Source of the DNA: Octopus vulgaris
Taxonomy: Eukaryota
Assembly (NCBI GenBank): GCA_951406725.2
Contig: OX597816.1
Span: forward strand, 21,142,001-21,206,000
Length of the DNA stretch: 64,000 bases
Direction: 5' to 3'
Below the pieces are notes generated by a model that saw nothing but the letters and a program-made list of their open reading frames with translations, had not been told where the DNA came from and searched no databases. Below are positions 11,854 to 25,004 of this stretch, piece by piece. Each line of letters starts with the position of its first letter. Position 1 is the stretch's first letter. Position numbers and translations under genes: made by a program.

Positions 11854-12178
11854 TGGCTCAGTGGTTAGAGCGTCGAGCTTACGATCGTGAGGTTGTGAGT
11901 TTGAATCCCGGACCGGGCTGCGTGTTGTGTTCTTGAGCAAGACACTTTATTTCATGTTGCTCCAGTTCACTCAGCTGTAGAAATGAGTTGCGACGTCACT
12001 GGTGCCAAGCTGTATCGGCCCTTTTGCCTTTCCTTTGGATAACGCTGGTGGCATGAAGAGGGGAGGCCGATATGCATGGGTGTATGCTGGTCTTCCATAA
12101 ACAACCTTGCCCGGACTTGTGCCTGGGAGGGTAACTTTCTAGGTGCAATTCCATTGTCAGTCATGAACGAAGGGGTCT
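11854..12178 (+). mobile_element. tRNA-derived SINE family E
   Basis: TGGCTCAGTGGTTAG A-box and GAGTTTGAATCCC B-box; TTGAGCAAGACACTT domain shared with 48495-48811. Confidence 0.8.
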
Positions 12179-12196
12179 CAGCAGCAATATATATGA

Positions 12197-12547
12197 ATAT
12201 GGCAAATTAAAGACAAGATGGAATATACAAAAATTTATTATTAATCACGACAATTGTTTCGACACATCTAGCATCGATTCCTCATGGATGGGACACTCAA
12301 CAACTAGATATTCCCTCCATCTGGCTGCTCTTCTTTCTACAAAATGTGAAGTTACATTGCGGAACTGTTATTTTAATCTGTTGCATTTATTTATCACCTG
12401 ATGAGATACATCTGCTCCACTGGATGCTCCTGAGCCAGTTGTTGAGTGTTCCACCCAAGATGGATCGATGCTAGATGTGTCGAAACAATTGTGGTGATAA
12501 ACAATAAATTCTCGTATATTTCACCTTCTGTTCTTCATTTGCCATAT
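12197..12547. mobile_element. Penelope-like pLTR remnant with an inverted partial copy
   Basis: 12197-12308 is the imperfect reverse complement of ~12436-12547; contains a hammerhead core. Confidence 0.65.
12390..12501 (+). ncRNA. Type I hammerhead ribozyme motif (Penelope-like minimal stem III), cleavage triplet mutated
   Basis: Stem I TTTATCAC/GTGATAAA, core CTGATGA (12398-12404), stem II GATACATCT/AGATGTGTC, GAAA (12482-85), then C-AATT-G-TG; the inverted copy retains GTC. Confidence 0.7.
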
Positions 12548-12640
12548 ACCTAACGATCTCTTTGAAAGTGACCGTGCTTTACCTGTAAGTTACCAGGTAT
12601 AAGCTATTCATTTTATTATCCAATATATATATGTATATAT

Positions 12641-12953
12641 ATACATATAAGAGGACTGACCACTACGTGCACATCCATTATGCTAGAAGTAGATCTGCTA
12701 TGGTCTTACCACTAAGAAAAGAATGTTCTCAAGAAAAATTTAGCAAACACCAGAATGTATTTGCTGAAGTGTTAATAGTGAAACTAGTTTATGATTAATC
12801 TATATTTTTGTTCCTTTTCATTTGTCTTGCTCGCTTACGTTCTGGCGTTTGCTAAATTTTCTTGAGAACATTTCTTTCTTAGTGGCGAGACCATAGCGTA
12901 TCTACTTCTAGTATAATGGATGTCCACGTAGTGGTTCATCCATCTTATATGTA
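12641..12953. mobile_element. Fold-back MITE with ~115-bp terminal inverted repeats
   Basis: TACATATAAGAGGA..CCACTACGTG..TAGCAAAC mirrors GTTTGCTA..CACGTAGTGG..TCTTATATGTA; TA context. Confidence 0.85.
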
Positions 12954-12989
12954 TGTAATATAAATTTTTCTGGATCTTCAGATTTTAAT

Positions 12990-13326
12990 ATGCTAGACCT
13001 CTGGAGAAATTGGTGGAACGGCTGGGAAGGGTGAATGGAGTGAGGTGGAATGGGCACGTGTTGAAGAGGAATGAAGAGCATGTTCTGAGGAGGGTGATTG
13101 CATTTGAGGTAAATGGACCATGAATGCGAGGCAGACCGAGGAAACTGTGGAGGGGACAGATGGAGGAGGAGATTGGGAGGGCTGGTTTGAAAACGTAAGG
13201 CACCCAAAACTGGGCAAGATGGCGAGATGGTGTGAGGGCGGTTGCTATGGCACTGAGGTAAATCTGGCCACCCCAATTAATGGGGACAAAACCTGGATTT
13301 AAAACGCTGGATGATGATGATGATGA
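12990..13326 (+). mobile_element. RTE-clade LINE 3' end fragment
   Basis: Translates RWNGHVLKRNEEHVLRRVIAFEVNG..RGRPRKLW and ends in a (GAT)n tail. Confidence 0.8.
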
Positions 13327-15436
13327 ATCACAAGTCACCATATTCTCAGAACTTTCCTGTTCAATGTATCTCCCATATTTATTATAAAGCATGCTGCTAG
13401 ATTGCTATGAATTCCACTGCCATGCAGACCTCTTCTCATCTCAATGTCTGTGGAATGAAAAACGGTATTGTTTCTGTCTCTATTCAATAGTCCCTACCTT
13501 GACATTTCTTCAATGCTAGCTGACACTTTCTCTTCTCCAAATCACACTTTATTAACACATGCTTCCCATCGTTATTGCTTACTTTCAATCTTATATTCTT
13601 TAACATTGCTCCCTCCTCGATCACTCTTTGCATGCAAACATGCATTACTCACCCTCTCCTATTTCTCCTTCTTCCATTACCTTGACTCTACCATTTCAAC
13701 CCTTTTTTTCCACATTGTGCTTCCCATGCTGTGTTTTCTATTCAACCTCCTTACTAACAACCAGCATGTAGCTGTCTCCCACTGCCTCTTTTCCATTATT
13801 CCCTTCTTTACTCCTTCTTGTTCTTGCCATTTTATTTCTTCTGTCATACACATAATCATACTCTCTCTCTCTCTCTTTTTTTCTCTCTCTTTCTCTCTCT
13901 CTCCCTCTCTCTCTTACTTCATTCTCTTGCCCTGATTCTCACTCTATCATCACTCCATCTTCTATTCACCAACTAAAACAGATATTCAAAATATAACCTT
14001 CTCCACTGAAATGACTAATGTTGCTAGGTTGATGTCTCCCTAGATTGGAAAATTAGAAGCTTTATTTTTGCTTTTTATCGTTCATATATTGATTATTGTC
14101 TATGTTATAAGAAATATTTCCTATCACATTGCCAAATGAATCCTAGAGACTTTAATAACAAAAATATTTGCTTGTCTTTTTTCCCCAAGAGATTAGAATT
14201 TTCCTTGTGAATATCAATAGTATATAGTTTTTTGTTGCCTTCCTTCTGGTATTTGTTTTAAAAGGTTCTTTTTTGATAGCAAAAGCCTGTGATAAGAGGC
14301 AGAAGCAGAGAGCAAATGAAGAACGAGGGAAAATGAAGAAGAACCATCTTCAATATTTGGAATGTATGTTATTTATCAACCCTGAAGTAAAGAAAGATAA
14401 AACTGACCTCAGCAAGATTTGAAATTACAATGGACAGAACTGACACAAATACTAGTTATTTTATCTGACACTTCTACTATAGGCACAAGGCTTGAAATTT
14501 GAAGGGAGGGGCATGGGTAATTATATAAATATCAAATAAGTATCAACTGGTACGTGCTTATTTTATCAACCCACCAAAAGGATGAAAGCAAAGTCAATGT
14601 TGTTGGATGGCACTAACCATTTTGTCTCCTGAGCTAACAATTCTGCCAACTTTCTGCCTTCCCAGAGACTGTTAATAATGAAAGTATATATTGTTGTATT
14701 TCAGGATGGTAATTTTTTTTGCCAAATAAACACACGTACTATATATATATATGAAATACAAAATGGGACAAGAACGCAAAACATCCAGACAACTAGGTGA
14801 TACAAAAAGGGACAACAAAACATCCAGATAGACGGTACAAAGAAAACAAGGACGGGTCATTCAAAGTATTTTTTCCTCAGTCAAGCACCAGATTATCCAC
14901 ACAATTTCAGCTGATTATTCTTGAGATTGCTCCAATCTGGCCAGCTCCAAGGAAAAAAACTATGCTAAGAGCATTAGATTTCTTGGAAGAAAGCAGCGAA
15001 TGTATACGAAAACAAGGACAGAAAAAACGGACAATGTTACACAAATATAAAAACAATAAAAATACAATAAAAATAATAACAGTCCATAACAGCAGGTGTC
15101 TTTCGAATGGAGACGAATTGAATTAAGCTGGTGCTTGTGGAAATGAAGCCTTACAGCAGAGATACAAAAATTTCACTAAGACAGGGAAGAATATCGTTCT
15201 TCACTCATTAATTACTGTTCTTATTTTAATATTTTAACTCATGTTCATTACTTATTTGAGACCTCTTCAGCGACACTTTTTATTTTCATGCTAGTTCTTG
15301 CTCGACTTACTCCGTTCTGTTATTCTAAGCATGTATTTCTTCCTTCTTTTTTGGCTTTAACATTTTTGCTTAAATTTTTGGTGATATTTGTTTCGATTCC
15401 TTTTTCTTGAATATTGTCAAATGTCACACTTACTAA

Positions 15437-16379
15437 TTTGGCTCTGTAGTACATATGTCTTGTTTCCATAAATCTTGAATTAAAATCTTTCACCAAACCT
15501 TAGCCTCAATTTATGTTTCTAACACTAGCTTAATGATAACTAAGTTATTTTACTAAACCCTTTGTTATATTTAAAATCAATTGAAAAAATCACAGAGTAT
15601 CTCAACAGAAATATGGTAACAAAACGGTTAAAATATAAAATAGAGAAACATCTCTTAACCCTTTCGATATCAACCCGGCTGAAACTGCCTCTGGCTCTGT
15701 AGTACAAATGTTTTGTTTCCATAAGTTTTTAATCAAAATCTTCCACAAACCTTAGTCACTATTTATGTTCCTAACACTAGCTTAATGATAACTAAGTTAT
15801 TTTACTAAACCCTTTGTTATATTTAAAATCAATTGAAAGAATCACAGAGCATCTCAACAGAAATATGGTTACAAAACGGTTAAAATATATAATAGGGAAA
15901 CAATTCTTAACCCATTTGATACCAACCTGGCTGAGACTACCTCTGGCACTGTAGTACAAATATCTTGTTTTCACAAGTTTTGAATTAAAATCTTCCACCA
16001 AACCTTAGTCACAATTAATGTTACTAACACGAGCTTTATGATAACTAAGTTATTTTACTAAATTCTTGTCTTTTTTTTAAAGTAATTGAAAGAAACACAG
16101 AGCATCTCAACAGAAATATGGTAACAAAAGGGTTAAAATATATAATAGAGAAACAATTCTTAACCCTCCTGAAACCGCCTCTGGCTCTGTAATACAAATG
16201 TCTTGTTTTCATAAGTTTGGAATTAATATCTTTCACCAAACCTTAGTCACAATTAATGTTCCTAAAACTAAACTAGCTTAATGATAACTAAGTTATTTTA
16301 CTAAATTCTTTGTTATATTTGAAATTAATTGAAAGAAACACAAAGTATCTCAACAGAAATATCGTATCAAATTGGTTAA
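15437..16379 (+). mobile_element. Tandem tetramer of piggyBac-type MITE (~250-bp period)
   Basis: Four units separated by the same ~23-bp linker AATATATAATAGAGAAACAATTC between TTAA sites. Confidence 0.88.
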
Positions 16380-16598
16380 TATGTTGATTCACTTTTATAG
16401 ATTTTTTTCTTCTGTTTATATTTCTATGGAGCATGGCTGTAATAGTTTAAAGGTTTGCAACCTGACCACATGGTTTCAGGTTGAGTTCCACTTTGTGGCT
16501 CTTTGGACAAGTGTCTGCTATAACCTCTAGTGGACTAAAGCCTTGTTAGTGGCTTTGCTAGAGAGAAACTGAAAGAAGCCCATTGTTTTTATACATAT

Positions 16599-16780
16599 AG
16601 GTGCAGGAGTGGCTGTGTGGTAAGTAGCTTGCTTACCAACCACACGGTTCCGGATTCAGTCCCACTGCATGGCGCCTTGGGCAAGTGTCTTCTACTATAG
16701 CCTTGGGCTGACCAAATCCTTGTGAGTGGATTTGGTAGACAGAAACTGAAAGAAGCCAATCATATATATGTATATATGTA

Positions 16781-16838
<58 letters not shown>

Positions 16839-17040
16839 TGTATGTATGTATGTGTATATGTTTGTGTATCTGTGTTTTTCCCTCCAGCATTGCTTGACAA
16901 CCGATGCTGGTGTGTTTAGATCCCCAATAGAATAAGTACTAGGCTTACAAAGAATAAATCCCAGGGTCAATTTGCTCGACTAAAGGCAGTGCTCCAGCTT
17001 GGCCATAGTCAGATGACTGAAACAAGTAAAAGAGTAAAAG
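16599..17040 (+). mobile_element. SINE family A
   Basis: Head, microsatellite and tail; preceded by an older degenerate head at ~16430-16585. Confidence 0.9.
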
Positions 17041-17058
17041 TGTATATATGTGTGTTTT

Positions 17059-17115
<57 letters not shown>

Positions 17116-18253
17116 ATGTGGTTGTGAAGCTTGTCCCTTTTGATTTTGATATCAGGCAATGGTTGTAAATGAGCTTCACTGTCACACAGATAACTCAATC
17201 CTGGTTGCTAATACAGCAAAGTTATGCAGAGCAGGAGATGTTGAAGTGTTTTTGTCACACACATTACACTATGCTGTGGCTTGTATGTGAACCACTAACC
17301 CTTTTGCTCATAATTCAGTACTGGATGGACACAAAACATACAGCTTTATTATCTTACAAGTGTATGTGTAATAAAAGGATATACATCATCTTATTCCTGT
17401 TTTATATCCACAAAACATTAAGGTTAATGCAATTTGCTAAGTCATATCATTTTGACCAAAACCAAGTCATTGTATCAATAGAAAATGTACCACAGCTTTA
17501 AGCTTATTTCTTTCTTACTGTTTGGATGAGACAATAAGAAATAAATAAAGAAAAAACTTATAAAGACAAAAAATGCATTGACCAAAAACTAAAAAGCAAC
17601 GTAAATATTATTAAGACTTTCCTTCCAGCTTCCATGTCAACATTAATCTTTGTCTTTGCATCAAAGATGAAATGATAACTTGAAATAAAAAGAAAAGGAG
17701 AAACGCAATGTTTTGTCTCAAATGCAGCATGCATCAGGTTTAGAGTTGAGGTTTTTGCATAAAATGCAATAAGGATGTAATTGGTAAATAAAATAAATGG
17801 TTGGCAATTGAGAGTTTTGAAGATAGGGACAGCTGTGTGTGTGTGTGTGTGTGTGGAAGAGCACTGGCACACTCAAGTATATGTGTATGATGTAGGAAAT
17901 TACATAGAAGTGTTTAAAAGTTTTATCAGAAGAAAGTATCTGGTTATTGCAAATATCATTTGAAAACTTTGTGAAAGTGGTGGGTAAGGAGGTGGAGAAA
18001 GGAGGCTGGTAGGAAGGTCGGTAGATAGATATATAGATAGATAGATAGATAAGTTGGAAGGAAGGGTTGGTGCAAAGAAAGGTAAAAGGAGCATCGAGAT
18101 ATCATAAAAGGAAATTAGTTTTGATGAGTGGGATATAAAATTAGCTGGAAAGACCACTAAAGAATTCTCTGAGACAAATTAGATCTGGCTCAAGAATGAA
18201 AATTATATAAAAGAGTGTGTGTATGTGCATGCAAGATATATATATATCTATAC

Positions 18254-18372
<119 letters not shown>

Positions 18373-18377
18373 GTATG

Positions 18378-18412
<35 letters not shown>

Positions 18413-20081
18413 ATGTATATATATAGTGTGTGTGTGTGTCTATATTACAGAGGAAATGATGGCAATAATTATTGCTAAGAAGCTGCTGGCAGAAGGGAAA
18501 TCATCAATATCTGTATTTGTTATCTCCTGCGCCTGGAATCAGGTCTAGTGTATAACATATGACTATTACAACAGTATAAATGTGCCCTGGGGGCGCGGGA
18601 GAAGAAGAATGTCCTTTAATCAGATTAGCTGTGAAATTGACTGCTCGCTTTTCAAAAGAAACTATTGAAGATTTAGAGAAAGAAAAACCCAAAATAGAAA
18701 CTACTGGAATTATGCAGGCTGGAGTTGATAGAGATACTACTATTACAAAATTAATCAGATGTTAGATTCAAAGACAGCATATCTCTGATGTGGATACCAT
18801 TTTACTTTGATATCGTTACTATTACCTCCGAGTAGAGATAGTTTTATAAAAGTGTTGCTTATATTGTATCTGAAAGAGATAACAGTTTATTGTTATTTTA
18901 TACTTAAAATGATGTAGTTGTTTATAATTGTGTTGAAGCCAAATAATGTTGTTATTATGAATATTGTTTATGGTTAATCTAAACCAATCTAAGCTAACTG
19001 CAACACAGTAGTAGCTGTTTTGCCTTTATACTGAAGCTATATATCATAATACTAACAATACTAACCATATATATATATATATAGCAGTTTGTATTGTTCT
19101 GGGACAGTAGTTACAATGTAATATATCACATCTGATGTCATTCTAATGTTGACTGCATAATGCAATGTTGATTTACCTTATTGTTAGCAAGAGGTGTATA
19201 TATATATATATATATAAATAGTGCTTATTATATATCTATATATATATGAATATATATATATATACATATATACATATATACATATATACATACACACATA
19301 TATATATGTGTATATATATGTATATATATAGATATACATATACATACACACACTCACACATATATATCATGCATGTATAGATAAATATATATGTTCATAT
19401 ATATACATATATGTGTATGTGTGTATTTATAAATGTGTTTGCAGATATACACACACACACATAAATATATATTCTGTTAGTTAATTTTTTTTTTTCGGTA
19501 GCTGCTGTAGTTATTGTTGCTTTTGAACTTTTGCAGTTAAACTAGATTCTCAATAAGATAGAAACAGTGATGAGAATATGTACTTAATCGATTTTTATTT
19601 CAAAAGAACTCTGTTTTATGAAATATATATTTAAATACAGTACTATACTACATTGAATACAAAAAGATATTTCTCAATGGTCAAAACCCTCCCTTCATTG
19701 ATATTCATATAAAAAAAAGAAAACAGAACATTATGTGATGCATGAGGTTTCTCTGCTCACCATAACAAAGAGAAAGCTAATTTTTTTTAAAAATCATATC
19801 ATTATTACACGTCTACATGTCTGATATGAGAAGGTCATTATAGGTTAACATAAACAATTACTGAAACTCTGCAAAGTTTAAGCAAGGTTTGCAAAAGGTG
19901 TATGCTTGGATGTGTGGTTAAAAACTCACTTTGCAACCATATGGCTTCAGGTTTGCTCCCACTGCACGGCACTTTAGGGATATATCTTCTTCTACCAGGC
20001 TGGGCAAAAGATTTTTTTTTTTGTATTTTCACTGATGGTTGATTTTTGGGGGCAACTTTTATCTCCATGTTATATCGGTAA

Positions 20082-20470
20082 CTAGCAGTATCGCCCGGAG
20101 TTGCTTGAGTTTGTTTCGACCCTTTAGAATTACAATTTTTGAAAAGTAAAAATTTTGCATTATGTAGCTTGTTATTCTCTTTAAGTGAACATTTTCCTGG
20201 TTGAAATACACCGAAAATGGCGACACAGCAGTCAAAAAATCGTAAAAAATAGGGATTTTCATAGAAAAAGAGTACCTTTTTGATGTAAATAATCTTTGGT
20301 GTTAACATGGTCTGATTTGAAGTTTTTCTTCTGCGGAAGGAAGAGCAAGCCTTCTTCTATCATGCTCTCAATTTTGGTCAACTTGCGCTGCAGGGTCTCG
20401 GAGGAGATAGTGTTAGTTGAAGGCTACCAAACATGCAATACACAGACAACTTCAGCTTTATATATAGAGA
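20082..20470 (-). mobile_element. Non-autonomous Helitron-like element
   Basis: On the minus strand: A|TCTCTATATATAAAG ... hairpin-like GCAACTCCGGGCG ATACTGCTAG|T; homologous to 55709-56098. Confidence 0.82.
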
Positions 20471-20562
20471 TATTTGAAATGAATTGTTGTCTAATTGTTG
20501 CTGAATTTCGTTTTGGGATTTGCTTTGTAAGATTCTTTATGTGAGTTTGTGTGTTGAAGCAT

Positions 20563-20838
20563 ATTCTGTTGTGTCTGGGGAGAGTCATTTTCTTTTTGTG
20601 CCTTATAATGTAACACACTCACCAGTAAAATTTCCACTTACTTCTTATTTTCATTTTCCTAAAATTTTCGTTGCGTCCTGCAACCTTTTCAATAGTCTTG
20701 ACTCTTATTAGAAAGGTTGCAAGATGCAACGAAATTTTTTAAGAAAATAAAAATAAGAAATAACTGGAAATTTTACCAGTGAGTGTGTTACGTTATACAG
20801 CACAAAAAGAAAATGACTCTCTCCAGACACAACAGAAT
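20563..20838. repeat. Fold-back palindrome (~135-bp arms)
   Basis: TTCTGTTGTGTCTGGGGAGAGTCATTTTC... mirrors ...GAAAATGACTCTCTCCAGACACAACAGAA, centred near 20700. Confidence 0.88.
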
Positions 20839-20918
20839 GTTGCTGAATTGTTTATTCTTTATTTTCATGTGTAACATATAAACATTAATTCTTTATTCTT
20901 TATTTTACAGCTTTGAAT

Positions 20919-21200
20919 ATGAAGTGAGAAAAAATTGCAATTAGAGGCATTTTATGTGACCTGTGGATAAGAGGACCAGGTGTAAGGTTAGCATCAAAAG
21001 AAATTAATGATGTGGAATGCCCAGGAACTGTCAAAGAACATCTTGCACAAAACTAGTTCAGCAATTTCATGAAAGGTGACATCAGCCTTGAAGACAAATC
21101 TAGGTCAGGGAGACCTTCTGCTGAGTTAGATGAGGTCTTGCTTCAGGTATCTGAGGAACAGCCCAGCACATGCATTCACAAGTTGCCAGCAAGACTTGGT
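20919..21200 (+). pseudogene. Mariner transposase N-terminal fragment
   Basis: EINDVECPGTVKEHLAQN*FSNFMKGDISLEDKSRSGRPS. Confidence 0.75.
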
Positions 21201-21459
21201 TCCTTCGTATCCCTCTCCAGATGGTTAACCCTCTGAAATATCCCTACTACTCATGACTTTCCTGTAAGTGTCATCCCGCAACAATTTAAGTAGAACAGTA
21301 AAGGCATCACTTCGTTGACCACAAAGAGCCTACAAAGGCTATGGGTACTGCCCCCTTTTTATAGACCCAACAATTATAGAAAATACAATTTCTTAGTATC
21401 TATGTTTATTCTATATTTCATGATCAGGTCTCTTGTTTCTGGATATATATTTACAATTC

Positions 21460-21788
21460 CTGGCCCCTGTGCCGGTGGCACGTAAAAGGCACCATTCGAG
21501 CGTGATCGTTACCACCATCGCCTTACTGGCACCTGTGCCGGTGGCATGTGTAAAAGATTTGAGCGAGGTCATTTCCAGTACCGCCTGACTGGCCCTGTGC
21601 CGGTGGCATATAAAAGCACCCACTACACTCTCAGAGTGGTTGACGTTAGGAAGGACATCCAGCTGTAGAAACTCTGCCAGATCAAGATTGAAGCCTGGTG
21701 CAGCCATCTGGTTTGCCAGCCCTCAGTCAAATCATCCAACCCATGCTAGCATGGAAAGTGGACGTTAAACGATGATGATGATGATGAT
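21460..21788 (+). mobile_element. SINE-like family D, well preserved
   Basis: Three ~60-bp GCCGGTGGCA sub-repeats, the core, and a GGACGTTAAAC(GAT)n tail. Confidence 0.85.
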
Positions 21789-22931
21789 TCTTGACTGGTC
21801 TTGAACTAGGAACGGATAGTCAACCAGCCTCTTCTAACCAAAAAATTTTGCTTCAGAATTACAACTCTCTCTTTCTGAGAATTAATTTATACCGATCTAT
21901 ATCAAGACACACAAATATATACACAGAAAGACACACACAGAGTAAGTGAGAGAGGGCACTACATGGCATTAAGGCAAATAGATAAGCTTATGAGCCTGTG
22001 TCTTTTGTAAACAGCTGTTGTGTAAAGTAAACGTTGAGGTTAAACAATGGATTTTTCTTTCTGAGGTTAGAAAATGAAATCACCCAGGCTAGTCATAGCA
22101 ACTCTTATTTTTCATTATTTGACATCAGCAAGTCATTTACAAATTTGATTAATTGATCATCTTCGTGCAATTATATCACCAAACCACTAATGAAGTAAGA
22201 AGAAATTCTTAATCTCATCTGGTCAATGTTTCATTGGTCACAGACAGAGAAAAACATGGTTTAATGACAATATCTCCTTGTATCAGCAAGGCTAAAAATA
22301 CGTGCTTACTGAAATCAAATACTTGTTTACCTCTCTCCCTCAAAGCCTACATATCTGCATATGAACATACATATTCATGCATACAAACACATACACATAC
22401 ACACTTACATAAACGTATGTGTATTAGCAGAGTCATTCATTAGAACATTGGATAAAATGAAAAGTTGTATTTTTTTCCAACATTTTGTAGTAAGTTCAAA
22501 CCCTGCCAAGAACAACTTTTCTCTTTATCCTTTCAGGGTTGTTAAAAAAAAGTACCACCCTATAAGAGCGGATTGAGGAAGCTTTTTAAAGGGTTGTGCA
22601 AGATGCTTTGTGGTATCTGTTCCCAATACTTGCATTCTGACAGTAATACATACTACAACATTAATGCTAAGTTATAGCAGCCAAAATTGACGGTTTTTTG
22701 CTTGGACAAAAAATGGTGGCATTGACAAGGGAGACGTTCATGTTTTATGAAACTGCTAGTCTTCTTCAAAAAGTGTCTTTTGCAGGCCTGTGCATACATA
22801 TGCAGTTGACTGGTCATCGTTGACCAATTATTTTCTGATATATTTGAATGTATATACACTACTATCCAAAAGTTTAAGATCACCTGCAAAAGTTTGTTTC
22901 AAAGTGAAATTTTTAGTTCAATGTTATCAAT

Positions 22932-23094
22932 AGGCGCAGGTGTGGCTGTGTGGTGAGTAGCTTGCTTAGCATTCACATTGTTCCGGGTTCAGTCCCACTG
23001 CATGGCACCTTGGGCAAGTGTCTTCTACTATAGCTTCGGGCTGACCAAAGCCTTGTGAGTTGATTTGGTAGATGGAAACTGAAAGAAGCTCGTC

Positions 23095-23127
<33 letters not shown>

Positions 23128-23235
23128 TGTGTGTGTGTGTGTTTGTGTGTCTGTCTTTGTCACCCCAACAACGCTTGACAACCGATGATGCTGTGTTTAC
23201 GTCCCTGTAACTTAGCGGTTCGGCGAAAGTGACCT
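22932..23235 (+). mobile_element. SINE family A (3' truncated) inside the Tc1
   Basis: Head and body match the family. Confidence 0.88.
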
Positions 23236-23429
23236 GAATAATAATAATAACAACAACATCGAAAAATACCTTAGGAATAAGAACCCAGGTTCAAAATTTC
23301 CCCAAGACACCTGATGAAGGCTGGTGGGTATATCAGCCGAAACGTATTAACAAACAAGATGAGGACAAATATCCATCAAATGTAAATAATGTACATAATT
23401 CTTCATCTCTTAAATATAGAACGAATATT

Positions 23430-23660
23430 TATTTCTTTATTGCTCACATGGGGCTAAACATAGAGGAGACAAACAAGGACAGACAAAGGGATTAAATCGA
23501 TTACATAGACCTCAGTGTATAACTGGTACTTATTTAAATGACCCCAAAAGGATGAGTGGCAAAGTCGACATGGGAGTAATTTGAACTCAGAATGTAATGG
23601 CAGATGAAATACCATTAAGCATTTTGCCCATCATGCTAACGATTCTGCCAGCTTGCCGCC
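23430..23660 (-). mobile_element. SINE family B inside the Tc1
   Basis: Matches 41578-41805. Confidence 0.8.
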
Positions 23661-24535
23661 CTAATAGGGAAACAGGAATATTGAGCCAAAACGGGTGTCA
23701 CTCTATCCTACAGTGTCACGCCATTCCATCTGGGACAAGGCTGATTGGTGATAATTTCGTGCTGATGCCAGATAACGATTCTAAACATACTTCTAAGCTA
23801 TGCAAAAACTATTCACAAAAGAAAATGGTTGAAAGAAAGCTGAGTGTGTTTGAATGGCTAGCTCAATCCCACGACTGCAATCCCATAAATATTGTGTCGG
23901 ATCAACTGGATCACAGAATCAGAAAGCGACAACCATGTTGTGCAGAAATCCTCTGGATATTATTACAAGAAGAGTGGTGAAATATTACCAGGAAATATTT
24001 GCTTGCATTGGTCAAAAGAATGCCCAGAGTATGCTCCACAGTGATCAAGGCCAACGGCAGATATTTTTATGAGTCTAAGTTTTTAAAGTTTTTCTCTGAT
24101 TTTTCCACAGTTTTGTTTAGTTGCTGAGTTGATTTTATCATCGAATGATTGTAACGATACATTAATAAAGTATTTCACCAGAATCTCTAAGTAATTTCCA
24201 TTTTGTAGATGTTTTTGCAAAATAAGTTTAGGTGATCTTAAACTTTTGGATAATATTGTATGTGTGTGTATATATATATAATCAAAATAAGCAACAAAGA
24301 TATCCAAGATAGCGTAGTACAATTGTTTCATGCTACTTCATTTTATTAAACACAGTAAGTATTACATCAGTTTCAAAATGTCGAGCAATCTTCAGCCACA
24401 TATAGAATTTTTCAATTAAACTAACAATGCATGTTCTTATACATTTGCCAGCATTTGATTTATACGGATAATACCATACTAAATTCTGGTGCCTTTAACT
24501 TAAGTACCATATTCATCTGAATCTAAATTTTGCTG

Positions 24536-24613
<78 letters not shown>

Positions 24614-25004
24614 TACACACACACACACACACATTCCTGTTTTCCTCAAAACTTGTTTTCTTTACTATTCTAACAAGAGACCTCCTCTTTTCTTGTTATT
24701 ACACTTTGCTTTTGTCTGTGCTCACCAATCACGTCTGCTCGGATACAAGCCATTGTTGCTAAGATCTCTAAACTGAACTACACTGTTGTAGAAATTGTGA
24801 TACGTGATTGATAATTGGTAAGGGTTTGTGCATCTATGCATCCATTGTATGAGCTCCTTTAACCTTTATTTACTGTGCTTATCTAGCTTCTCTTTAAATT
24901 CCTTTGTGTGTCTGTCTGTTGCTACATTTTTATTATGAACACATAAGTGTATATCAGTGAATGTTAGACCCCTACATAGTTTACATTACTAAATAGTCAG
25001 AGAC

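Larger units (their letters stand above)
22857..24258 (+). mobile_element. Internally deleted Tc1-like transposon carrying SINE insertions
   Basis: TA-flanked TIRs CACTACTATCCAAAAGTTTAAGATCACCT / AGGTGATCTTAAACTTTTGGATAATATTG; C-terminal peptide PDNDSKHTS..W.AQSHDCNPI at 23660-24075. Confidence 0.9.

Noticed and set aside
15437-16379. Repeat-spacer appearance suggesting a CRISPR array
   Set aside because: Units are ~225-bp MITEs, the linkers are near-identical rather than unique, the context is eukaryotic, and there are no cas genes.
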